A stretch of DNA of 55,108 bases from an uncultured Atribacterota bacterium. GTDB taxonomy: Bacteria; Atribacterota; Phoenicimicrobiia; Phoenicimicrobiales; Stramentimicrobiaceae. Location of the stretch: NCBI GenBank assembly GCA_964636625.1, contig CAZWUL010000002.1:1-55108 (forward strand), written 5' to 3'. The position numbers and the translations under genes are program-made. Positions 26,463 through 34,442 of the stretch are shown here, piece after piece. The notes beneath the pieces were generated by a model. The model did not search any database and was not told the origin of the DNA. It saw nothing but the letters and a program-made list of their open reading frames with translations. Position 1 is the first letter of the stretch. Every line of letters starts with the position of its first letter.

Positions 26463-27956
26463 TTGAAAAATACTATTGGATATAGAGCAAAAAGAAGAAA
26501 AATCCGTTCCAAGAGTTTTTTGGGACGTTCTTTTTTAATATCGATAATACTTAATATGTTGTTTATATTTGCTTTCAGCAATATAATTACCTTTGATATA
26601 TTTAATCTCCCTCCTGAAGAAGAGCTTCTTGAGGTAACAATGATAGAACTTCCATCTAGTCAAACTCCCGTATCAACAAGACCTGAAATTGTTAGGGAAG
26701 AGCCGCTAGCTGAGATGGATGTAACACCAAAAGTAGAACCAATGTTGCCAGAGCCTGCCAGAATACAGGAGGTAGAAACACAACCACGTATTGAAGAGCA
26801 AGAGATTGCATCAGAAAGTGCTCCTAAGGTTGAGGTAAAAGTACCTGAAATTGAAATACCACCTTCTGAAGAAATTGCTCCCGTAAGAGAAGAAATTACA
26901 GTAAGACAGGATGTTCAAATAGCCGCGAGATCGATTGAACCAACTCTTACCAGCAGAAGAGAAGTTGAGGGAGAAATATTAGAGCAAGGCCAATATGAGA
27001 TGCAGGCGAGATTAGGAGAAGAGGGCAGAGAGCGAATTGAATCAACATATGGTACAGTGGTTACTCCTGGAAAAATTACCAGTTTGCCGGCTTCGGCAGA
27101 TAAGGAATCTCCTTTTGGTAATCGTCCGCTGGCAATAATGATAGATAATGCAAGCTTTGCTCGTCCTCAGAGCGGGCTCGATAAAGCAAATATAGTTTAT
27201 GAAGTCTTAGCAGAAGGTGGAATTACAAGATTCCTGGCGATTTATGCAACTCAGGAAGCTGATAAAGTCGGACCGGTTCGGAGTGCCCGACCTTATTATA
27301 TAACAAAAACTTTGGAACATGATTCTATTTATGTTCATGCTGGAGAAAGCCCTGATGCCGCAAGGTTTATTAGAGAAGAAAGAATAGATGATATTAATGA
27401 GATGATTCATTTTCAGCCATTTTGGAGAACTACAGACCGTAGTGCACCCCATAATTTATATACTTCTACATTTCAATTAAGGGACGAAGCTAAAAGATTA
27501 GGTTATATTGAAATGGTTAACAAAGGAAGCTATCAATTTGAAATCGATAGAGAAGAGTTGCTATCTGGTAAAGAGGTTTCCAAGATAGATATTAGATACC
27601 ACAGTAATTATACAGTTACATATCAGTATGTAGCCGATATACAGGCATATGCTAGATATATTAATGGCCAACCACACCTGGATGCTGAAACTGGTAAACA
27701 GCTAACTGCAAAGAACATAATAATACAGCACAGTGAAAAAAAAGTTATGGATGAAGAGGGAAGGCTGGCTATTGACTTTATTGGAGAAGACAAAGGAATA
27801 ATAATATTCAACGGCAGTTCTGAAGAAATTACCTGGGTAAAAGAAAGTTTAGCCTCAAGAACATTGTTTTATAACAAAGATGGAAACCGACTAGCCATCC
27901 AACCAGGGAATGTATGGATTCAAGTCATTCATCCGGATACACAGATTAACTATTAA
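26463..27956 (+). CDS. TonB/TolA-like membrane anchor + Pro/Glu-rich spacer fused to a DUF3048 (YerB-like) domain
   Basis: TTG start. A basic N-terminus and one TM (SFLISIILNMLFIFAFS). About 120 aa of P/E/V/I-rich linker (PKVEPMLPEPARIQEVETQPRIEEQE...). Then PLAIMIDNASFARPQSGLDKANIVYEVLAEGGITRFLAIY, which I recognise as the DUF3048 signature. Confidence 0.6.
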   Translation: MKNTIGYRAKRRKIRSKSFLGRSFLISIILNMLFIFAFSNIITFDIFNLPPEEELLEVTMIELPSSQTPVSTRPEIVREEPLAEMDVTPKVEPMLPEPARIQEVETQPRIEEQEIASESAPKVEVKVPEIEIPPSEEIAPVREEITVRQDVQIAARSIEPTLTSRREVEGEILEQGQYEMQARLGEEGRERIESTYGTVVTPGKITSLPASADKESPFGNRPLAIMIDNASFARPQSGLDKANIVYEVLAEGGITRFLAIYATQEADKVGPVRSARPYYITKTLEHDSIYVHAGESPDAARFIREERIDDINEMIHFQPFWRTTDRSAPHNLYTSTFQLRDEAKRLGYIEMVNKGSYQFEIDREELLSGKEVSKIDIRYHSNYTVTYQYVADIQAYARYINGQPHLDAETGKQLTAKNIIIQHSEKKVMDEEGRLAIDFIGEDKGIIIFNGSSEEITWVKESLASRTLFYNKDGNRLAIQPGNVWIQVIHPDTQINY

Positions 27957-28150
27957 AATTATAACAGATATCGGGCATGTAGTTTTGAGCCAAAACAAAG
28001 TAAGAAGTAAAAAAGTTTTTTGGTTTTAAGGTTTTATTACAAATATAAAAAAAATGTAAGTTGCAAGTAAAATAAAATAAATAGTAATAAGCAAAAATAC
28101 TGCTAAATCTTTAGAATAGAATAGTATGATATTAGTTTTTATTTAACCAT

Positions 28151-28174
28151 AAAAAACCACCTTCTAAGAAGGTG
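28151..28174 (-). terminator. Orphan rho-independent terminator reading on the minus strand
   Basis: The minus strand reads CACCTTC-TTA-GAAGGTG-G-TTTTTT. There is no U-run on the + strand side, and no minus-strand CDS upstream of it. Confidence 0.6.
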
Positions 28175-28321
28175 TTAGTGATTAAATAAAATGGTTTTAC
28201 CATAAAAAGATTAAAATAAGATAGATGATAATATTTTGCCTGAAGTACAAAGTTGGAAATACTATTACTTAAGTAAAAATTATGGCTAAAGGTATCAATA
28301 AAAAATCGAAAGAAAAAGAGC

Positions 28322-28348
28322 AAAAAAGTCAAACCCCTTTCAGGGGTT
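28322..28348 (-). other. Second minus-strand hairpin with a U-tract (weak terminator or structured RNA element)
   Basis: The minus strand reads AACCCCT-GAA-AGGGGTT-TGAC-TTTTTT. The 4-nt gap before the U-run weakens the terminator call. Confidence 0.35.
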
Positions 28349-28533
28349 CTTAAAGCCGCCCGCTATTGGGGTGTGATATTTACTAATGTTTAATATTAAA
28401 TATGGTTAGAGTTGCTAATTGTTTTACTATCGCAAGAGTTGTTAAATACAATTTTGGCAATCCAATATACTGTTGAGTGTATTATTTAGTTTGTTGCTGA
28501 AAAGGATAAACTTATTAATTAACTAAGTAGGGA

Positions 28534-29436
28534 TTGTATATGGACCATCAGCAGAAATTAATTGAAAAATTTTTGGATTATTTAACTCTTGAAAGAGGGT
28601 TAGCTTATAATACAATTGTCTCTTACCGCTATGATTTATTAAAATATTATAATTTTATTGTTTTAAAAAAACATACCAAATTTCAAACTGTAAATCGCAA
28701 TATTATTAATGAATACTATAATTATTTACGTAATATCGACCTTGGGATTAATTCTATATTCAGGAATTTAGTAGCCCTAAAGATGTTTTACCGGTTTTTA
28801 TTAACTGAAGGATTTATTAAAAATGATTTAACCAATTTAATAGAATTTCCTAAAATACAGAAGAAATTACCCCAGGCACTTAATATAGAAGAATTAGATG
28901 CAATATTAGATGAGAAAAATTTTAGAGGCCTTTTGGGGAAAAGGGACCAGGCTATCATGGAGTTATTATACGCAACGGGAATGAGAGTAACAGAATTAAT
29001 TAGTTTAAATAGGAATGATATTAAATTGGAGCACAGTCTTTTAAAATGTACGGGTAAGGGGAATAAAGAAAGGTGGGTTCCTTTTACAGACAGGGTACAT
29101 GATATTTTGCTTGATTATATAAAGTATATTAGGCCTAAGCTTGAAAAGAAAGAGAATACCAATTTATTATTTTTAAATAATCATGGTAATCCCATTTCTC
29201 GGCAAGGTGTTTTTTATTTAATTAAAAATTATGCAAAAATAGCAGGAATTAAAAAGAAAGTAACCCCACATACTTTTAGGCATACGCTGGCAACACATTT
29301 AATTGAAAATGGTGCAGATTTGAGATCAATTCAAGAATTATTGGGGCACTCTGACATTTCTACCACCCAGGTATATACTCATGTTAGCAGAAAATGGATT
29401 AAAGAAGAATATTTTAAAGCATTTCCGAGAGTATGA
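28534..29436 (+). CDS. xerD: Tyrosine site-specific recombinase XerD/XerC family
   Basis: N-terminal SAM-like domain (FLDYLTLERGLAYNTIVSYRYDL). Catalytic ELLYATGMRVTEL, HTFRHTLATHL and LLGHSDISTTQVYTHV (R-H-R-Y). The start could instead be the ATG at 28540. Confidence 0.85.
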   Translation: MYMDHQQKLIEKFLDYLTLERGLAYNTIVSYRYDLLKYYNFIVLKKHTKFQTVNRNIINEYYNYLRNIDLGINSIFRNLVALKMFYRFLLTEGFIKNDLTNLIEFPKIQKKLPQALNIEELDAILDEKNFRGLLGKRDQAIMELLYATGMRVTELISLNRNDIKLEHSLLKCTGKGNKERWVPFTDRVHDILLDYIKYIRPKLEKKENTNLLFLNNHGNPISRQGVFYLIKNYAKIAGIKKKVTPHTFRHTLATHLIENGADLRSIQELLGHSDISTTQVYTHVSRKWIKEEYFKAFPRV

Positions 29437-29462
29437 AAAAAAGTCCTGGTATAACGTATTCT

Positions 29463-29487
29463 GTATACCGTATAACGTGAAGAAAAA
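29463..29487 (+). repeat. 25-nt dispersed motif gtataccgtataacgtgaagaaaaa (copy B)
   Basis: Identical to 6850-6874. Preceded by tataacg tattctg tataccg tataacg heptads. Lies between xerD and punA. Confidence 0.9.
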
Positions 29488-29553
29488 GAAAATAGAAAGA
29501 TTAAGGGGCAAGATGAAAACGGAAAACTAAAACTTTTAAGTTGGAGGAAAATA

Positions 29554-30381
29554 ATGGAAAACATAATTGAAAGTATTGATGAAAGCATTAAATCAATTCA
29601 GAAATTTAGTGATATAAAGCCTAAAATTGCGATTATACTGGGAACCGGACTCGGGAAATTAGCTGATGATATTGAAGAAAAGGAAATAATACCTTATAAA
29701 AATATTGCTAACTTTCCAATTTCTACAGTGCATGGACACAGTGGAAACCTTGTTTTAGGGAAACTTGAGGAGAAGCAAATTGTTGCTATGCAAGGTAGAT
29801 TTCATTTTTATGAAGGATATAATATGAAGGAAATTACTTTTCCTGTAAGAGTTATAAAAGAATTAGGTGCTAACATTATTATAATTTCAAATGCTGCTGG
29901 TGGTATGAACCGATATTTTAAAAGAGGAGATTTGATGCTTATAACTGATCATATCAATCTTATGGGTGATAATCCTTTAATCGGCCCCAATAATGATAAA
30001 TTAGGTCCGCGTTTCCCGGATATGTCACAAGCATATGATTTAGAATTAATAAAATTGACTGAAAGAGTTTCCCTGGAAGAAGGAATTCCAATACATAAAG
30101 GAGTTTATGCTGGACTACCCGGACCAATGTTAGAGACTCCTGCAGAGTATCGTTTTTTAATAAAAATTGGGGCTGATGCTGTGGGAATGTCAACTATTCC
30201 TGAAGTTATTGCTGCTAATCATATGGGAATGCGAGTACTGGGAATATCCTGTATTACTGATTTGGCAATTGATGGAGTAGTTAAAAAGGTCCAGTTTCAG
30301 GAAATTCTACAGGCTGCTACCAAGTCTGAACCATTAATGACTCGAGTTGTTAGAAAGGTAATAAACAATATTGTTAATTAA
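29554..30381 (+). CDS. punA: Purine nucleoside phosphorylase (PunA / PNP family I; possibly acting on MTA)
   Basis: IAIILGTGLG and GHSGNLVLGKL...MQGRFHFYEGY signatures, plus SNAAGG and VGMSTIPE. Confidence 0.8.
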   Translation: MENIIESIDESIKSIQKFSDIKPKIAIILGTGLGKLADDIEEKEIIPYKNIANFPISTVHGHSGNLVLGKLEEKQIVAMQGRFHFYEGYNMKEITFPVRVIKELGANIIIISNAAGGMNRYFKRGDLMLITDHINLMGDNPLIGPNNDKLGPRFPDMSQAYDLELIKLTERVSLEEGIPIHKGVYAGLPGPMLETPAEYRFLIKIGADAVGMSTIPEVIAANHMGMRVLGISCITDLAIDGVVKKVQFQEILQAATKSEPLMTRVVRKVINNIVN

Positions 30382-30835
30382 TCTAATAAAAGTATCATTA
30401 TTATCAACATTACCAGTATTAGAATTAAGAGGTGCTCTTCCTATTGCCATAAATTATTACAAGTTACCGATTATACCAAGTTACTTATTTGCAGTTTTGG
30501 GAAATATGCTCCCGGCAGTGTTTTTATTACTCTATCTTAAGCCATTTTCGGATTTTTTACGAAAATGGAAATTATTTGATTTGTTTTTTTGCTGGTTATT
30601 TACAAGAACAAGGAGACATGAACCGAGGTATGAGAAATATGGTGCACTATTTTTATTATTTTTTGTATCCATACCTTTGCCAGTTACTGGAGTCTGGACT
30701 GGTTCAGTGGCAGCATTTCTTTTTGGGATCCGTTTTCGATATGCCTTTCCCATGATGGCTGGTGGTGTTATCATTGCTGGCATAATTGTTGCCATGGCTA
30801 ATTTAGGAATTATAAATTTAATTAATGGCCATTAG
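30371..30835 (+). CDS. Small polytopic membrane protein (COG2426-like, putative small export protein)
   Basis: 154 aa with about 4 TM segments. LELRGALPIA N-terminal motif as I recall it for this family. TTG start overlapping the punA end. Confidence 0.5.
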   Translation: MLINLIKVSLLSTLPVLELRGALPIAINYYKLPIIPSYLFAVLGNMLPAVFLLLYLKPFSDFLRKWKLFDLFFCWLFTRTRRHEPRYEKYGALFLLFFVSIPLPVTGVWTGSVAAFLFGIRFRYAFPMMAGGVIIAGIIVAMANLGIINLINGH

Positions 30836-30925
30836 CTATTAGTAGATTAATGAAATATTGTTATTGTTTATTATCAAAAAAGTGATAGAATGTTAATTTT
30901 GTAAGGATAAATTAAGAAAGAAACT

Positions 30926-31978
30926 ATGAGAAAAACTATAGAATGGGAAAATAATAGAGTATTAATGATAGACCAGAGAAAGCTACCTCATACATTTGAA
31001 ATAATAAGCTGTAAAAATCATCATGAGGTGGCTGAGGCAATAAAGGATATGGCTATTAGAGGAGCTCCAGCCATTGGGGCAGCGGCTGCCTATGGAATGG
31101 CCCTGGCAGCTAAGAATATAAGAACAGAGAATATGGAAGATTTTCTGAGAGGATTGGAAGAAGCAAGAAAAGAATTATCTATGACCAGGCCTACTGCAGT
31201 AAATTTATTTTGGGCTTTAGATAGAATTAATAAGATTATTGAAGAAAAAGGATTTTCAGTGGAGGAATTACAAAAAAATATTTTGTCTGAAGCAAAAAAA
31301 ATTGCAAAACAGGATATTGAAGTGAATTTTCTAATTGGAAACAATGGTGTGAAATTATTCGAAGATAATGATATTATTTTAACTCATTGTAATGCAGGTT
31401 CTCTGGCAACTGTATTTTATGGAACTGCTTTAGGTGTTATCAGGTCAGTGTATAAAGAGAAAATTAATATAAGGGTTTTTATCGATGAAACCCGGCCAGT
31501 TCTACAGGGTGCCAGACTAACTGCATGGGAATTACTTTCTGAAAATATACCAGCTACACTAATTTGTGATTCTGTAGCAGGTTTTTTAATGAGCAAAAAA
31601 CAGATAAGCAAGGTAGTAGTTGGTGCTGATAGGATTGCAGCCAATGGAGATGTGGCTAATAAGATTGGAACCTATAGTATTTCAGTGTTAGCAAAAGAAC
31701 ATAACATTCCATTTTATGTTGCTGCACCATTTTCAACAATAGATTTTTCTATAAAGGGAGGGACTGATATACCAATTGAGGAAAGACATAAAAATGAAGT
31801 AATAAATATAATGGGGCAGGTAATAGCGCCAGACGGTATAGATGTTTATAACCCCGCTTTTGACGTTACTCCACACAGAAACATATCTGCGATAATTACC
31901 GAAAAAGGTATAATAGAGCCTCCATTTATACCCAATTTGAGCAGATTAAATAAAAATAATTATGAACAGGAAGTTTGA
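30926..31978 (+). CDS. mtnA: S-methyl-5-thioribose-1-phosphate isomerase
   Basis: IEWENNRVLMIDQRKLP...IKDMAIRGAPAIGAAAAYG...THCNAG...VGADRIAANGDVANKIGTY are canonical MtnA/eIF-2B-like motifs. Confidence 0.85.
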   Translation: MRKTIEWENNRVLMIDQRKLPHTFEIISCKNHHEVAEAIKDMAIRGAPAIGAAAAYGMALAAKNIRTENMEDFLRGLEEARKELSMTRPTAVNLFWALDRINKIIEEKGFSVEELQKNILSEAKKIAKQDIEVNFLIGNNGVKLFEDNDIILTHCNAGSLATVFYGTALGVIRSVYKEKINIRVFIDETRPVLQGARLTAWELLSENIPATLICDSVAGFLMSKKQISKVVVGADRIAANGDVANKIGTYSISVLAKEHNIPFYVAAPFSTIDFSIKGGTDIPIEERHKNEVINIMGQVIAPDGIDVYNPAFDVTPHRNISAIITEKGIIEPPFIPNLSRLNKNNYEQEV

Positions 31979-31987
31979 GGTGAGATA

Positions 31988-33247
31988 ATGCAAAACCCTG
32001 ATACATTTTTAATTACTGGTGGAAAACCACTAAAAGGGAGCGTGGTAATTGATGGAGCAAAAAATTCTGCTCTATCTATAATGGCTGCATGTCTTTTATC
32101 CAGCGATGTAAGCATTTTAGAGAATGTCCCCAGGTTAAAAGATGTATATAGTATGATTGAAGTTATAAAAATCCTTGGTGTAAAAGTTGCATGGGTAGAT
32201 GATACTACTCTTTCTATTAATCCGGACGATTTTAATAATTATGAAGCACCCTATGAGTTGGTTAAGACGATGAGAGCATCTTTTCTGGTTATGGGTCCTT
32301 TATTAGCCAGACTTAGGAAGGCAAAAATATCACTTCCTGGAGGATGTGCTATAGGTGCTCGACCAGTTGATTTCCATTTAAAGGGATTTCGTGTATTAGG
32401 TGCCAATATAACAACTGAAAAAGGTTATATTCAAGCAGAGGCAAATCAGTTAAAGGGAGATGATATTTACCTTGATTTTCCCAGTCTAGGAGCAACAGAA
32501 AATATTATGATGGCTGCTTCTTTAACAGAAGGAACCACTGTCATTGAAAATGCTGCCAAGGATCCTGAGGTTATCGAGCTGGGAAGGTTTTTAAATAAAA
32601 TGGGGGCGAAAATTGAAGGCCTGGGAAATGACATAATAACCATTAAGGGTGTTAAAAAATTAAAGGGTGTGAGATATAAAATTATTCCTGACAGAATAGA
32701 AGCAGGAACATATATGGTTGCTGCTGCTATTACTGGGGGAGATGTTGAAATAAAGAATGTTAATCCTTATTATTTAAAATCATGTATTGTAAAATTAGAA
32801 GAAGCAGGTTTAAATGTAGATATTGATGATGGAATAGCAAATATATCAGACCCTGAAGGAATTAAGTCAGTTGATATTAAAACAATGCCTTTCCCCGGTT
32901 TCCCAACTGATATGCAGGCACAATTTATGGCTTTGATGACCATAGCAAATGGGACAAGCATTATTACGGAAAATGTATTTGAAAATCGCTTTGCACATGC
33001 AGGTGATTTAAGAAGGATGGGAGCAGACATTAAAATAGAAGGTAGAAATAGCATTATAAAAGGAGTAAAAAAACTGAGTGCAGCACCGGTAATGGCTTCT
33101 GACCTAAGGGGTGGGGCTGCGCTGGTATTGGCTGCATTGGTTGCAGAAGGTACGACTGAAATAAGCAGGATTTATCATATTGATAGAGGATATGTTAATC
33201 TGGAAGAAAAATTAAAAGCATTGGGTGCCAATATAAAAAGATATTAA
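31988..33247 (+). CDS. murA: UDP-N-acetylglucosamine 1-carboxyvinyltransferase
   Basis: GAKNSAL and LPGGCAIGARPVDFHL (active-site Cys). 419 aa. Confidence 0.95.
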   Translation: MQNPDTFLITGGKPLKGSVVIDGAKNSALSIMAACLLSSDVSILENVPRLKDVYSMIEVIKILGVKVAWVDDTTLSINPDDFNNYEAPYELVKTMRASFLVMGPLLARLRKAKISLPGGCAIGARPVDFHLKGFRVLGANITTEKGYIQAEANQLKGDDIYLDFPSLGATENIMMAASLTEGTTVIENAAKDPEVIELGRFLNKMGAKIEGLGNDIITIKGVKKLKGVRYKIIPDRIEAGTYMVAAAITGGDVEIKNVNPYYLKSCIVKLEEAGLNVDIDDGIANISDPEGIKSVDIKTMPFPGFPTDMQAQFMALMTIANGTSIITENVFENRFAHAGDLRRMGADIKIEGRNSIIKGVKKLSAAPVMASDLRGGAALVLAALVAEGTTEISRIYHIDRGYVNLEEKLKALGANIKRY

Positions 33248-33382
33248 GAAGAATGTAATAGAAAAATATTACTTATATGGTACAATATTTAAGTAATAAG
33301 TTTATCTTTAGAAATAGAGAAGATTTAGATAGAAGGTAAGATTATACTATGATTAGGGAAAATTGAGGAGGTATCTTTCAAT

Positions 33383-34402
33383 ATGCTGGGAATGGACAAA
33401 AGTTTAGGAATAGATTTGGGAACTGTGAGTGTATTAATATTTCAGAAAGGAGCAGGGATAGTTCTACAAGAACCCTCTGTAGTTTCAATATACAAAGATA
33501 CTGGAAAAGTATTTGCTGTTGGGAAAGATGCCAAGGAGATGTTAGGAAAGACCCCTGGAAATATTATTGCTCTGGAACCAATGAAGGCGGGTGTTATTGC
33601 AGATTATGATGTAACCGAAAAAATGCTGACTTATTTTATAAAAAAAGTATCTTCTAATACAAGACTATTCAGGCCACAAGTTGTAATATGTGTTCCAGCC
33701 GGGGGAACAGAAGTGGAAAAAAGAGCTGTTTTAGAGGCAGCAGTGCAAGCTGGAGCAAAAAAGGCTTACCTGGTTGAAGAATCAATTGCAGCTGCAATTG
33801 GTGCAGGTTTAGATATTAGTGAACCGTATGGGAATATGGTGGTTGACGTAGGAGGAGGTACTACTGATATTGCAGTTATATCACTTGGAGGTATTGTAGA
33901 GAGTGAATCTTTAAGGATTGCTGGAAATAATTTTGATGATGATATTATAAAATATATAAAAAGTAAATACAATTTGATGATAGGAGAAAAAACTGCGGAA
34001 AATTTAAAGAAAGAAATTGGTTCAGCAATGGAGCAGGAACAAGAAATGTACGCGGAAATAAGAGGAAGAGACCTGGTATCAGGTTTGCCAAAAAGTATTG
34101 AGGTGGGTTCATCAGAAGTTTTAGAGGCAATTTCGAAGACTTTAGAGTCTATATTAGATGGAATTAAGATGGTTTTAGAAAGGACTCCTCCAGAGCTGTC
34201 AGCAGATATTGCTGACAAGGGGATGGTCCTTACAGGGGGAGGAGCATTATTGAGAAATTTTGATGTACTACTAACAAAAGTGAATAAAATACCTGCTTAT
34301 GTTGCTGAGAACCCTATATCATGTGTAGCCCTGGGTGCAGGTAAGGTATTAGAACAAATTCATTTGTTAAAGCAGGGATTAATAAGCAGCACACAAAGAT
34401 AA
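33383..34402 (+). CDS. mreB: Rod shape-determining actin homologue MreB
   Basis: LGIDLGTVSVLI, VVDVGGGTTDIAV, GMVLTGGGALL. GAGGAGG SD upstream. Confidence 0.95.
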   Translation: MLGMDKSLGIDLGTVSVLIFQKGAGIVLQEPSVVSIYKDTGKVFAVGKDAKEMLGKTPGNIIALEPMKAGVIADYDVTEKMLTYFIKKVSSNTRLFRPQVVICVPAGGTEVEKRAVLEAAVQAGAKKAYLVEESIAAAIGAGLDISEPYGNMVVDVGGGTTDIAVISLGGIVESESLRIAGNNFDDDIIKYIKSKYNLMIGEKTAENLKKEIGSAMEQEQEMYAEIRGRDLVSGLPKSIEVGSSEVLEAISKTLESILDGIKMVLERTPPELSADIADKGMVLTGGGALLRNFDVLLTKVNKIPAYVAENPISCVALGAGKVLEQIHLLKQGLISSTQR

Positions 34403-34442
34403 TATAATATCTGGGAGGTTCTTAGATATTTTCAGATTAAAT

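Noticed and set aside
28132-28332. 66-aa minus-strand ORF (MTFLLFFFRFF...) in the xerD-upstream spacer. Considered as a type I toxin-like small hydrophobic peptide.
   Set aside because: It has a TTG start without an SD, and the ORF runs straight through the terminator hairpin. The sequence is Phe/Asn/Tyr-rich rather than a clean TM helix. It is more likely a by-product of AT-rich non-coding DNA.
28282-28353. 23-codon + strand ORF MAKGINKKSKEKEQKSQTPFRGS.
   Set aside because: There is no Shine-Dalgarno upstream (cttaagtaaaaatt) and its 3' end is formed by the hairpin sequence. I do not recognise any family.
28534-29436. xerD as the integrase of a mobile element or genomic island, given the flanking repeats. 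I also looked for a dif site nearby.
   Set aside because: The sequence is a standard XerC/D-type recombinase and the flanking genes are housekeeping. I found no attachment-site-like direct repeats bracketing a cargo. The AT-rich palindrome tttaatattaaa (about 28390-28401) does not match dif arm consensus and is expected by chance in this composition.
33766-34218. 150-aa minus-strand ORF inside mreB. Similar long antisense ORFs lie at 25304-25696, 41088-41501, 48205-48576 and 49666-50088.
   Set aside because: Each lies entirely antisense to a confidently identified conserved gene. Their composition is low-complexity and Ser/Ile/Phe-rich, with no recognisable motifs or SD. These are typical antisense reading-frame artefacts.
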